Part shown: piece by piece, positions 1-12,791 of the stretch | Position numbering within the stretch: the first letter of the stretch is position 1 | How the letters are laid out: each line of letters begins with the position of its first letter | DNA from: Octopus vulgaris | Taxonomy: Eukaryota | Direction: 5' to 3' | Assembly (NCBI GenBank): GCA_951406725.2 | Contig: OX597816.1 | Coordinates: 44,764,001 to 44,828,000 of the forward strand | Length of the DNA: 64,000 bases | Made by a program: the position numbers and the translations under genes | Notes under the pieces: model-generated | The model's input: the letters and a program-made list of their open reading frames with translations, nothing else | What the model was told of the DNA's origin: nothing | Database searches by the model: none

Positions 1-253
1 TCATTGTCTTGCCTCGTTTGAGGTAATCAGTGTTTTTTTCAACGCTCGGCGTCTTAAAAGATTTCTTTCCTCTGACGCTCGCTTTCCTTCATACAATGAC
101 CGCAGAACGTAGCGACGGATGAAATCGCACTAAGCATTCTACCCGGCGCGCTAACGGGGACGTGAAACTCTGAGTAACAGTTTCTTGGATATTTCTGCTA
201 CCTTAAATAAAGTATATATATATACTCACACACGCACACACACACACACATAG

Positions 254-314
<61 letters not shown>

Positions 315-317
<3 letters not shown>

Positions 318-725
318 TCTTTTACTCTTTTACTTGTTTCAGTCATTTGACTGCGGCCATGCTGGAGCACCGCCTTTAGTCGAGCAAATCGACCCCGGGA
401 CTTATTCTTTGCAAGCCCAGTACTTATTCTATCGGTCTCTTTTTCCGAACTGCTAAGTGACGGGGACGTAAACACACCAGCATCGGTTGTCAAGCAATGC
501 TAGGGGGACAAACACAGACACACAAACATACAAACACACACTTACATATATATACATATATACGACAGGCTTCTTTCAGTTTCCGTCTACCAAATCCACT
601 CACAAGGCATTGGTCGGCCCGGGGCTATAGCAGAAGACACTTGCCCAAGGTGCCACGCAGTGGGACTGAACTCAGAACCATGCGGTTGGTAAACAAGCTA
701 CTTACCACACAGCCACTCCTGCGCC

Positions 726-726
<1 letters not shown>
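315..726 (-). mobile_element. SINE family A (tRNA-headed, internal (TA)/(TG) microsatellite, (GTAAAAGA)n-like tail), full length
   Basis: Minus strand reads AGGCGCAGGAGTGGCTGTGTGGTAAG (A-box-like), a B-box-like GAGTTCAGTCCC, and a tail ending GAAACAAGTAAAAGAGTAAAAGAGTA. Near-identical copies recur across the window. Confidence 0.9.
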
Positions 727-762
<36 letters not shown>

Positions 763-895
763 TATATATTATATATTATATATATATATATATAATATAT
801 ACATGTTTATGTGTGTGTGTGTGTCGAAAGTAAAAATATGTGATTTATACCTGCGTTAAACTTCATTTATTTATTCATATATATATATATTGTCT

Positions 896-1422
<527 letters not shown>

Positions 1423-2402
1423 TAAGACTACATAGTCAAATTGGTCCTTTTCCTGATTTAAACCAGGAGGTATGATTTGAGGAACATTTGGCCGCCGCTG
1501 TGACCATGTAGAAGCTGAGATATGTTCGAATCGCCTTAAATACGGGTAAAAATTATTAGACAGAGATATCTCTCCCCTTCTCTCGCATTTTGTATTTCAT
1601 GCTGTAGGAAAGGTGATTAATATAAGGTGATGTACGAAGAATGATTTACATCGGAAGGATATAGTGGACACTGGATGGGAGATCTGTCAGTGTTTCGATA
1701 ATATACATAAATATATTTACATCATCTGCTACAAGATTTTTTTCGTCGTCTTCAATATTAGATATAAAATTATAAGGATTTTAAATACAGAAATATATTA
1801 GTACAAGCCTAAATACCTTTTTATATTATTAATACAGGAATTGGTGTCAATGTCTTTTTTGCCTCTTTTAACATATTACACAGTTTTGAATTGTTAAAGA
1901 AGTTTAGGATCAATTGTTAGTACTTGATAAGAAAAACTTCTGTATTATTCAATTGGTTCCTCATCATAAGAAATGGATATTGAACTAACTGCCAGCATAA
2001 TTCGATAATCTTCGAATTGTCTCTCGCATCATACGATTAGTGGTTGGACTTCCTCGAACATTTCAGCAAAATGAACGTTTTGGAAAGAAAAGAGATGGCG
2101 TCTGTCACAAACTGCCTGCTAAAGGAAATAAGACCACCGACTGCTTATTACGTGCAGTGAACGGAAATTACAGAAATTAGAGATTCCAATACCTTCCACA
2201 TACATACATTTTAAAACATTAAATAAAAAGGAAATGACGAAAATGTTCGCTGATTCACATTCACTGATAGTGTTTCTGAAAACATAAAAAAGTCAATGAT
2301 AGTAAGATTGACATCATACGTATGTATATTTGAGTATGTACGTATGTGCTTGTGTGTATGTATATGTGTGAATGTATGTATTTATACATATCTATTTGTA
2401 TG

Positions 2403-2441
<39 letters not shown>

Positions 2442-2974
2442 CCAAGATGTACATACTAATATATATATATATATATATATATGTGTATTTATATGTGTGT
2501 GTGCATGTGTATGGAGAGAGATAGACAGATAGATAGATACATACATGCATACATACATACATACATACATACATACATACATACATACATACATACATAC
2601 ATACATACACACATACACACACACAGACATATATAGGAATATACATATATGCATATATGTATATGTGTATATATGTATACATATATATATATATATATAC
2701 ATTTATATATATTCATATATACATATATACATATATACATATATATATACATATATATGTATGCAAGTATGTATATATGTATATATGAATATATATATAT
2801 ATGTATATATATGTATGTATACACATATACATATACATATATATTCATACATATATATACACACACACAATACATACATATATACGGACGCATACTACAC
2901 ACATGGACACATACGTATGCGTACGCACACAAACACTTTCGTCTGTGTGTATGGATGTGTGGATATATATGCGT

Positions 2975-3008
<34 letters not shown>

Positions 3009-3879
3009 GGGAGCGCAGCAGCTTATGTGTATGAAATAGAAAAAGTGAGGAATCGTACGAAGAGACAACAGACTGAATGACTTAAGAGTAAACTATAGAG
3101 AACGAGAGAAATTTACCAACATTCATATAATTTAGTTATATTTTATATTTTATATTTATATTTATCTTTTACATTTCGTGATTTTTATCTCAATTTCCCA
3201 TTTCGCCCCAACGGTAAAAGAAAGAAAAGAAATAGCAAAAGTGAAATTACTTAACAGAAAGAATACATCAAAAACAAGTTGTATCTCTTAACAAATGTCT
3301 TGTTAAAGAATGTCTGACAGTTGCTTATCTAATCATGCCAATCGGACACAACCTGAAGATGTCCATATTCAAGTAATGTGCACTGTTGAGCTTCACTAAC
3401 ATTTTTACAGCTAATATATCTGACCTCTAAAAAGCATATTGGAAGCCAGTATTTTTCATAACGTTTCGGTTTTGCTAATTGATCCATTCACTGAATGTCC
3501 ACTCGTGTATCGCAGAAACTAGTGAAGCTGAGAAAGAAAGGCCAAATTGTCTAGTAAAATGGCACTTATGCAAAATAAAAAATACATATATATACCATCT
3601 TTCATATTGATTTGCAGACGTTTAACTTTCGTACTAAGTTCAATAACCAAGCTGGCTCTATAAATTTAGATATCGAGGTGAATAAACGGGAAGAAGAGTC
3701 TAACTGGTCAGTTGATTTGACTCACTGAAAATAATTACCAAATTTCCTCCAATTCACATTTTATAGTCTGAAAATACAGACACATACACATTGGACAATA
3801 TAGTTCTATATACAGTATGTCAGTGGAAAAAATACGAGACGGCAGTAATGACAATAGTTCGCTTGATCCACGTTTGTAG

Positions 3880-5290
3880 AGAAATTTCGGCTCAAGGCCA
3901 GAGACTTCGCGGCAACGGATAAGTCGTTTCCAGCCGAAATCAACCAAGATACTATAAACCTGGACATGGAGAACTTAAAGAGATTCAAATACCTGTTACA
4001 GAGAGATGGCACGAACATAAACCTAACGCCTCCCAACGAGATAATGCTACAGACAATACAGAAAACTATAATGTTTAAAACTCTGTCACTCAGAATTTTA
4101 AAAAATAGAACACATGCCAAATGAAAGTATCGAGAAATGGCTACAGTCTATATGGTGTAAAACAACTTATGTAGCAAGGGGGAAAAAAGTACGGTCCTGT
4201 GGAAGTAAGGCTCGCTTCTGAAGTAGAAGCAAAGGAACACAGCACAGTGCCTTTGAAGACAAACTAGTTGGTGCTACTACCCTCGTACATGGATCCACGT
4301 ACTTCAAAAATAAAAATAAGGGAGGTCCCACCAGAAATCGACGTGGTGTGGCTTGCGTCATCCGTACTGCTGAACCTGGAGGATGGGGCCACTATCCTTC
4401 ACACCACCAGGCTACACCAGCAGAACTGGTGGAGCCAAGGTCTGGAGCTAATAATCCAAGCGACCCAGGTGGACTTAGAAGAAATACCAGACGAGACCAT
4501 ATTAAGAGCCATGTTGGCGGGAAGACGTCGAAGGTGCTTTAAGGGTGTGTAAAAGGGCCACATAAAAATCACGTACCCACAGGCCCTACAAACAGAAGCA
4601 CCCCTCCACCTAGCAACCCACCACAGTCTGACGACTCGAAAGACAGCAAAGGGAAGCCAACTAGCACTGCGACGAAACAACACATCAACCCACCACAAAC
4701 TGTCGACCCGAAGGAAGACAGAAGAAAGTCAAGCAGCACCACAATAGAACAACCCACCAACCCACCACAGACTGAAAACCGGAAAGAAAAAAAGAAATAG
4801 ACTAACACCACGATAAAGCAGCCTACAACAAAAGTGTCACAGAGAGAAGTGGAGAACACTAAGAAGGACACCTCAAAGGAACCACCACCAACCTTATGCG
4901 AAGAGAGCGGCGACAGATGGACAATGGCCGAAAAGAAACGAATAATGAAAGGTACGCCCTTCGCACTCACAAAAAAGACCAGTAAAGGCAACCAAAATCC
5001 TGCAACCTCAACATACACACACAAGCCACAAACATCCTATTCAGTTACCCCAAACAAAGAACCCATCAAAAACAAAGACAACCAAAAGCACGCACTCATA
5101 CCCTACATATACAAAACACAATCATTCTACTCATTCTTCCCAAACAAAGCCACATATAAGACATTCGCCTGCAACACTGGAGAAAAATAAACCACCCTAG
5201 CTAAACATAAATACAGAAAGCCACGTGTTACTCCATAATTAGCCCCTCCATACCTAAACACCAGCGAACTCAAAAGGCAATGCAATTTCT
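3880..5290 (+). pseudogene. degenerate gag/ORF1-like region of a non-LTR retroelement
   Basis: ORF 4268-4552 ends RRRCFKGV* and continues in frame as KGHIKITYP, a decayed CX2CX4HX4C knuckle. It is preceded by KIKIREVPPEI and followed by a K/T/P-rich disordered segment. No RT follows. Confidence 0.55.
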
Positions 5291-5300
5291 TTTTCATCAA

Positions 5301-5610
5301 TTGTTACACGTCATTTAATCACATGTTCATTCAACCCATTCTCTCTAGCCTGTGCTGTGAATGAAGAGCGCATGCCTTGCTACATGTGTAAATGAGATGA
5401 TTGAATGTGAATACCTGTAATCCTAAAAGAAGATCAAAATACAAAGAGAGACATTCCTTTTTTCATAAAGTGTTACATGTTACCTAATCATATGTTGCTC
5501 TAACCCATTTTGTCTGTCCTGATTTTTGAATGAAGAGTGTATGCCTCGTTACATGTGTAAGTGAGATGACTTGAATGTAAGTACCAGTGATTCTAAAAGA
5601 AGATCAGAGA
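5301..5610 (+). repeat. diverged ~170-bp tandem duplication
   Basis: TGAATGAAGAG..ATGCC...TACATGTGTAA.TGAGATGA..TGAATGT...CTAAAAGAAGATCA occurs at ~5358 and ~5527. Confidence 0.8.
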
Positions 5611-5814
5611 TGATATGTGGTTTGAGGGTTCCCCGTGTCCGTCACTCCATTTTCATCATTTCCACCCGCTCATCGTCCGTACGCTCATCGTCATTCTCCT
5701 TTCTGTATTATCCCTCTATGTCGGCCCTAGTGGCTTATAAAGAATTAAATTTATTTCTAAACAATCACACAGATGATTTGTTTATAGTGATCAAATGTTT
5801 GTGTAGACATAAGC

Positions 5815-6000
5815 TCATTCCCTCCCTCCATCAGATCGACATTCCCTGTACAGGTGCAACAGGTGCCACATGATCGCAGAGTAACGTGATATGAAGTGCT
5901 TTACTCGAGAACACAACGTAATACCCGGTCTGGGAATCGAACCCACGATCTCGCAATCGTGAGTGTAACACTCTAACCACTAAGCCATGCGCCTTCTCAC
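5815..6000 (-). mobile_element. SINE family B, H1-like head + distinct tail (T4)
   Basis: Minus: GAAGGCGCATGGCTTAGTGGTTAGAGTG...GGTTTCGATTCCCAGACCGGG (A/B boxes), followed by a tail not seen in other copies. Confidence 0.7.
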
Positions 6001-6032
6001 AAACAGACACACACACACACACACACACACGC

Positions 6033-6067
<35 letters not shown>

Positions 6068-7458
6068 TACGTAAGTACTATATGTGATTAGCTTCTGTAG
6101 CTTCCATCTTCTAAATTACAGTCATATGGTATTTGTCAATCCCGACGTTAGAAAAGAAAAACATTTGTACAAGAAACTGCGCAGTGGAATCGAACCTGAA
6201 AGCACGTGTTTGCGAACAGAAATTCTGAGTCTTTATGCCATGCTTTCATCCATACTTATGCATATTTGATCACAAATTATAACACACTCGCACGCGTATG
6301 TCTTGTTTTATTTTGTTTCAACCAAATATTTATGACTGCCTTAAAGAGGAGTTACCTTTTGTATCCTTTGATAAGTGTCTCGACACGAAATTAAACGATT
6401 ATAAATTGAAGAAACTAACAATGGTCTACATATAATATAAAAAAAAATAGTATATTATATAATTGAGTAAATACGATAAGTAATTTTTATGTCACGATGA
6501 GACGTGAGTGTTGCAATTTCGAGCAGAAACAACCTTCATCAAGAAATTTGTATTTTATATGTAAGCTATTGTACTTTCCAGCAACTTATTCTTTCGGTGT
6601 TGGGAGTGATCGACGTGGAATGCTGCGAGGTAAGAATTGTTTCGAATGTGTTTAACAGTCCTTTATTTACATTTACATCTTCTCAAATCTAAAATAACAA
6701 AAAAGAAAAAAGAATTAACCTTCAGACACTTTTATTATTTTTTTTTTATTGTAGTGCTTTATTTTTATTGCGATTATTATTCCAGAGTTGCAAAACAAGA
6801 ATTTCTCCGTTTATTATTTTTTTTTTTTTTTCGTTTTGGTTCTAAATTTTGCTTCTATTTTTGTATTTCTTATTAGATGTTTCGTTTGATTTTGTTTTCT
6901 AAAATACTATTGTAATCTTCTTTAAATCTTTTTAAAGATTGAATAAAATATTGATATTCCATCTAAAGTGGAACTGTATCAAACAATTCGCAGAATGTTC
7001 CAAACATGTGATTCACAAACGTACAAAATAAAATACATATTCACGTAAGTATAAATATTTAAGCATAGTTATATACGTTAGAGGTGTGCGTGTCTGTCTG
7101 CATTAATATACGTACTTATGTACACACACATACATACATCTCTTTCTCTTCCTATATATATATACTGAGAGATAGAGAGATGTATAGATATGTATATATA
7201 TTTGTGAATATGCATACACAATTGTTTGTAGATATTCACATACACGTTTATTCCTAAGCATATGCAAATATGCTCACAGACAAAATAGCACATATAAAAA
7301 TCCCTGTTCCTCACTCTCTCTCCCAAACACACTTTATCTCTCTCCCCCCCCCAAACACACACACACATTTTTCTCTCTCTCTCTCACTCTCTGTCTGTCT
7401 CACTGTCTCTCTCAATAGATATTGGTAAATTTATACATGTATCAATGTATGTACATGT

Positions 7459-7497
<39 letters not shown>

Positions 7498-7616
7498 TTA
7501 TACGTATATACAATGATATAAATATACAAAGAGAATAACACGTATGAATTCCTGTTTACATATATACACATACCTGAACACCCACAAACACACAAGGATG
7601 TCGTTATTGGTTTGTT

Positions 7617-7620
7617 TTTA

Positions 7621-7663
<43 letters not shown>

Positions 7664-7677
7664 CATTATTATTATTG

Positions 7678-7718
<41 letters not shown>

Positions 7719-7722
7719 ATTA

Positions 7723-7768
<46 letters not shown>
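7617..7768. repeat. (ATT)n microsatellite
   Basis: Directly visible. Confidence 0.95.
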
Positions 7769-7771
<3 letters not shown>

Positions 7772-8149
7772 CGTATGTATGTCAGTGTGCATATGCATAT
7801 ATTTAGAAATATATGATTGTGTGTGTGTATGTGTGTGTGTGTGTGTGCGCGTGCGCACGTCCATGCCTCATACCAACATATACACGCGTGTATGTATATG
7901 CAATGTGCACAGTATGCACAGTATATATGTCAGTCTGATTATTTATGAATCAGTTTAGTGTGATATATAAAGAAAAAAAATTCATTCCGAAACATCGATA
8001 TTAAAATGCCTCCAGAGTTAAACATATAAATACGAGCATGTTTGCTTCAATTTTCTATTTTTAATTTTATTCCAGTGTATTTTAAGTCGAGACACTAAAT
8101 TCGAGATTATATTAGAAACATAAAAAGAATATTAAGCGAGGCAAAAAAA

Positions 8150-8294
8150 AAGGAAATGAAGGAAAGAAGGAAGGAAGGAAGGAAGGAAGGAAGGAAGGAA
8201 GGAAGGAAGGAAGGAAGGAAAGATGGAAGGAAGGAAGGAAGGAAGGAAGGAAGGAAGGAAGGAAGGAAGGAAGGAAGGAGAAACAAAGAAAGAA

Positions 8295-8330
<36 letters not shown>

Positions 8331-10000
8331 AATGAAGGAAAGAAGGAAAGAAGGAAGGAAGGAAAGAAATGAAGGAAGGAAGGACGAAAGAAAGAAAGAA
8401 GGAAAGAAATGAAGGAAGGAAGGGCGAAATAAAGAAGGAAAGAAGGAAGGAAGGAAGGAAGGAAGGAAGGAAGGAAAGAAGGAAGGAAGGAAGGAAGGAA
8501 GGAAGGAACAAACAAAGGAAAGACAAAGAAAGAAAGAAAGAAGGAAGGAAGGAAAGAAATGAAGGAAGGAAGGACGAAAGAAAGAAAGAAGGAAAGAAAT
8601 GAAGGAAGGAAGGACGAAAGAAAGAAAGAAAGAAGGGAGGAAGGAAGGAACAAACAAAGGAAAGACAAAGAAAGAAAGAAAGAAGGAAGGAAAGGAAGGA
8701 AGGAAGGAAGGAAGGAAGGAAGGAAGGACGAAAGAAAGAAAGAAGGAAAGAAATGAAGGAAGGAAGGACGAAAGAAAGAAGGAAAGAAGGAAGGAAGGAA
8801 GGAAAGAAGGAAGGGAGAAACAAACAAAGGAAAGACAAAGAAAGAAAGAAAGAAAGAAAGAAGGAAGGAAAGAAAGGAAGGAAGGAAGGACGAAAGAAAG
8901 AAAGAAGGAAAGAAATGAAGGAAGGAAGGACGAAGGAAAGAAGGAAGGAAGGAAGAAAGGAAGGGAGGAAGGAAGGAAAGAAGGAAGGAAGGAAGGAAGG
9001 AAGGGAGAAACAAACAAAGGAAAGACAAAGAAAAAAAGAAAGAAGGAAAGAAAGGAAGGAAGGAAGGACGAAAGAAAGAAAAAAGGAAAGAAATGAAGGA
9101 AGGAAGGACGAAAGAAAGAAGGAAAGAAGGAGAGAAGAAAGGAAGGAAGGAAGGAAGGAAAGAAGGAAGGAAGGAAGGAAGGAAGGAAGGAAGGAAGGAA
9201 GGGAGAAACAAACAAAGGAAAGACAAAGAAAGAAAGAAAGAAAGAAAGAAGGAAAGAAATGAAGGAAGGACGAAAGAAAGAAAGAAGGAAAGAAATGAAG
9301 GAAGGAAGGACGAAAGAAAGAAGGAAAGAAATGAAGGAAGGACGAAAGAAAGAAGGAAAGAGATGAAGGAAGGAAGTGCGAAAGAAAGAAGGAAAAAAAT
9401 GAAGGAAGGAAGGGCGAAAGAAAGAAGGAAAGAAATGGAGGAAGGATGAAAGAAAGAAGGAAAGAGATGAAGGAAGGAAGGACGAAAGAAAGAAGGAAAG
9501 AAATGAAGGAAGGAAGGGCGAAAGAAAGAAGGAAAGAAATGAATGAAGGAAGGACGAAAGAAAGAAGGAAGGAAATGAAGGAAGGACGAAAGAAAGAAGG
9601 AAAGAGATGAAGGAAGGAAGTGCGAAAGAAAGAAGGAAAGAAATGAAGGAAGGAAGGGCGAAAGAAAGAAGGAAAGAAATGGAGGAAGGATGAAAGAAAG
9701 AAGGAAAGAGATGAAGGAAGGACGAAAGAAAGAAGGAAAGAAATGAAGGAAGGAAGGGCGAAGGAAAGAAGGAAAGAAAGGAAGGAAGGAAGGGCGAAAG
9801 AAAGAAGGAAAGAAATGAAGGAAGGAAGGACGAAAGAAAGAAGGAAAGAAATGAAGGTAGGAAGGGCGAATGAAAGAAGGTAAGAAAGGAAGGAAGGACA
9901 AAAGAAAGAAAGAAAAAAGGAAGAAAAAATGAAGGAAGGAAGGACGAAAGAAAAAATGGCAAAGAAAGAAAGAGGGAAAGAAATAATAAAAGAAAGAAAG
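8150..10000. repeat. ~1.85-kb polypurine (GAAG/GAAA) array with higher-order units
   Basis: Recurring 35-40-bp unit GGAAAGAAATGAAGGAAGGAAGGACGAAAGAAAGAA. It is the source of the spurious F/S/L/P and K/E/G/R ORFs. Confidence 0.95.
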
Positions 10001-10263
10001 TAAAATGGATATAAAGATAGTATGTGAAATATAGGGGGAATAAGTGACTATACGATACATAAGTAGACAGAAAGAAAAGAAGCAATGGAAGCTAAATAGA
10101 AAGAGAAATTTGGTAAATATGATAGGTCGATGTGACAGACAGACAAACGACAGGTAGATAAGAATGGATTTTGGTAACTATGAAACCTATATATGTGTCT
10201 ATGGTGGTGTGTATTCTGCAGAAAATAAATTCCCGAATCTTGCAAAAGATACCCGTAGAAGTA

Positions 10264-10323
10264 TACTCTTTTACTCTCTTTTACTTGTTTCAGTCATTTG
10301 ACTGTGGCCATGCTGGAGCACCG
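10264..10323 (-). mobile_element. SINE family A, 3' fragment
   Basis: Matches 315-375. Confidence 0.85.
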
Positions 10324-10324
10324 A

Positions 10325-10495
10325 CATGGGGTTGTGGTGACCCCTGTTGTACTCTTTCGCCACAACCTTTTCTCACTTTCTCTTCCTGTTTCTTGAGTAA
10401 CGCTGCAATGGACTGGCGTCCCGTCCAGCTGGGGGGAACACATACGCTACAGAAACCGGGAAACTGGGCCCATGAGCCTGGCTAGGCTTGCAAAG
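10325..10495 (+). mobile_element. SINE family B, 5'-truncated H2 body + T2 tail
   Basis: CCCTGTTGTACTCTTTCGCCACAAC...CTGCAATGGACTGGCGTCCCGTCCAG...CAGAAACCGGGAAACTGG matches 896-1185 (reverse). Confidence 0.75.
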
Positions 10496-10504
10496 GGCGA
10501 TGAA

Positions 10505-10855
10505 GTTCATTCTATGGTGCAGGCATTATTTTCTAATAGCGGGGCAATCTTCCAAGGCGATAATGCACCAAAATAGGCCCTACAAATCACCAGATCTAAA
10601 TACTGTTGAACACCCATAGTGCAGTTTGGAGCAACGAGTGAGGAATCGCTTCACTCTTTCAATGACGCTGAAAGAGCTGGAACAGGTTTTGCTTGATGAA
10701 TTCTTCAAAATTCTTCAAGCATCTGTCCAAATGCTCTATGAGTCTATTCCTCGACGTATCGCAACAGTAATTGCAGCCAAAGGAGGACCAGCTCCAAATC
10801 ACGTAATTAAACTCTTATTTAGTAAGGTGTTTACATTATTTTGTCTAACCCCTAT
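10505..10855 (+). mobile_element. Tc1-family transposon 3' relic
   Basis: Reads IFQGDNAP, then PDLNTVEH, then ORF 10626-10910 LYESIPRRIATVIAAKGG, a typical Tc1 C-terminus. Ends in TIR-like TTTTGTCTAACCCC followed by TA. Confidence 0.75.
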
Positions 10856-11450
10856 ATATAAAACCTACAAGAAAAAGAACATTGAAACAAAGGGAAAACC
10901 GAAACAATAAAACACGTACCAAAAATGAAAAAAGGGAAAACGGAAAGGAAGACTGGAAACGAAACTAAAAACAGAAAACTTGGAAATGGCATAGAAATGT
11001 AGAAATACCTTAGAAGATGAAATGCGATCGTTCTCATAGAGAAAAATGTATAGTTGGACGTAAACGTATCTCAAAGAGTGTAACTGTCGGTCTCCGTAGC
11101 CATGTATGTATGTATGTATGTATGTATGTATGTATGTATGTGTGTGTGTGTATGCATGTATGTATGTATGTATGTATGCATGTATGTATGTTGTTATGTA
11201 TGTATGAATGTATGTATGTATGTATGCATGTATGTATGTTAGTATGTATGCTGGTATGTACGTATACATTTACGTATGTATGTATCAATATATACATGTA
11301 TGTATGTGTATATGTATATATGTGTATATGTATATATGCATCAATGCCTGTATGTATTTGTGTACGTATGTAATTATGTACATATATGCATATATATATA
11401 TATATAACACATATATAACACTTATATATGTATATATATATATATATATT

Positions 11451-11489
<39 letters not shown>

Positions 11490-12056
11490 CACATCTGTAC
11501 ATATATATATATTATATATACACATATATATACTTAGCATTGGCACATGCACACGCACACATACTTATAAACACATACATTCATGCATGCATATGTGTGT
11601 AGGGGGAGGTATGATGTACAGAAAGACACACGCGCACACGTCCGTGTATGCATGTATTACATTTTTATTTCTTTTGTTTTGGCATTCAAGAAGCAGAGGC
11701 TTGATGATCGGATAAATGTCACATGTTATCACGAATCTGAGAAGTTGGTCGTAAGATGGAAGAAAATAGAGGCAAGACAAGCACTAAACATGTAACTAAT
11801 AAGAAAAACAATATAAAGTTGTGTTGAATACATTTAAGCACAAAACACCTTGAACAATACAAACAGACGATTTGACGAGAAACATTTGGTTTATGACTAT
11901 TCAGACAAAAATTAAAAAAAAGCTTCCATGTCACACTTACCGCACTTCTATGTTCGTAAATGCGTACATGCGTCATAGGTACATGCATACATGCTTATGC
12001 GCATAGATGAATATGTATATTGGTGTGTATGTATGTATGTAAGTAAGCATATGGAA

Positions 12057-12130
<74 letters not shown>

Positions 12131-12231
12131 TGAGATAGTTGGTGTGTGAAAGCACGTGGTTGAATATATAGAAAATAGTAAAAAGTGAAAAAACTACATA
12201 TATGTATATATGTATATATAAAGGAATATAT

Positions 12232-12348
12232 GCATATGGCGTAGTGGTTCACAGCGCGGGATACTTACCCCAGGGTTCCGAGTTCGATTCCAGGCAGTGA
12301 CCTGAATAATAATAATAATAATAATAATAACAACATCGAAAAATACCG
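12232..12348 (+). mobile_element. tRNA-derived repeat head with (AAT)n (truncated, separate family)
   Basis: TGGCGTAGTGG (A box) and GAGTTCGATTCC (B box). The acceptor stem does not pair, so it is not a tRNA gene. Confidence 0.65.
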
Positions 12349-12392
12349 AAAATACTTCCGCCCCCTCCACCGAAAAAAAATCACCCTTTTAT

Positions 12393-12564
12393 AGGCGTAG
12401 GAGTGGATGTGTGGTATGTAGCTTGCTTACCAGCCACATGGTTCCGGGTTCAGTCCCACTGCGTGGCACCTTGGGCAAGTGTCTTCTACTATAGCCTCGG
12501 GCCGACCAAAGCCTTGTGAGTGGATTTGGTAGACGGAAACTGAAAGAAGCCCGTCGTATACATG

Positions 12565-12597
<33 letters not shown>

Positions 12598-12791
12598 GTC
12601 TGTGTTTTTCCCCCCAACATCGTTTGACAACCGATGCTGGTGTGTTTACGTCCCTGTAACTTAGCGGTTCGACAAAAGAGACCGATAGAGTAAGTACTAG
12701 GCTTACAAAGAATAAGTCCTGGGGTCGATTTGCTTGACTAAAGGCAGTGCTCCAGCATATAAACAAGTAAAAGTGTAAAAGTAAAAGAGTA
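12393..12791 (+). mobile_element. SINE family A, full length
   Basis: Reverse complement of 315-726. Confidence 0.9.

Noticed and set aside
497-859. recurring peptide RASFSFRLPNPLTR...HLPKVPRSGTE as a gene family
   Set aside because: Antisense reading of SINE family A. Frames differ between copies.
6582-6629. YSFGVG as an allatostatin-A/buccalin-like neuropeptide
   Set aside because: No dibasic site directly after the Gly and no repeated peptide units. The resemblance is too short.
8107-10085. 657-aa and 642-aa ORFs
   Set aside because: Translations of the (CTTC/CTTT)n strand. Stop codons are absent because of composition.
12232-12305. tRNA gene (also the SINE heads at 31635, 35872, 49697, 54686)
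   Set aside because: A/B boxes are present but acceptor stems do not pair, and each continues into repeat body.
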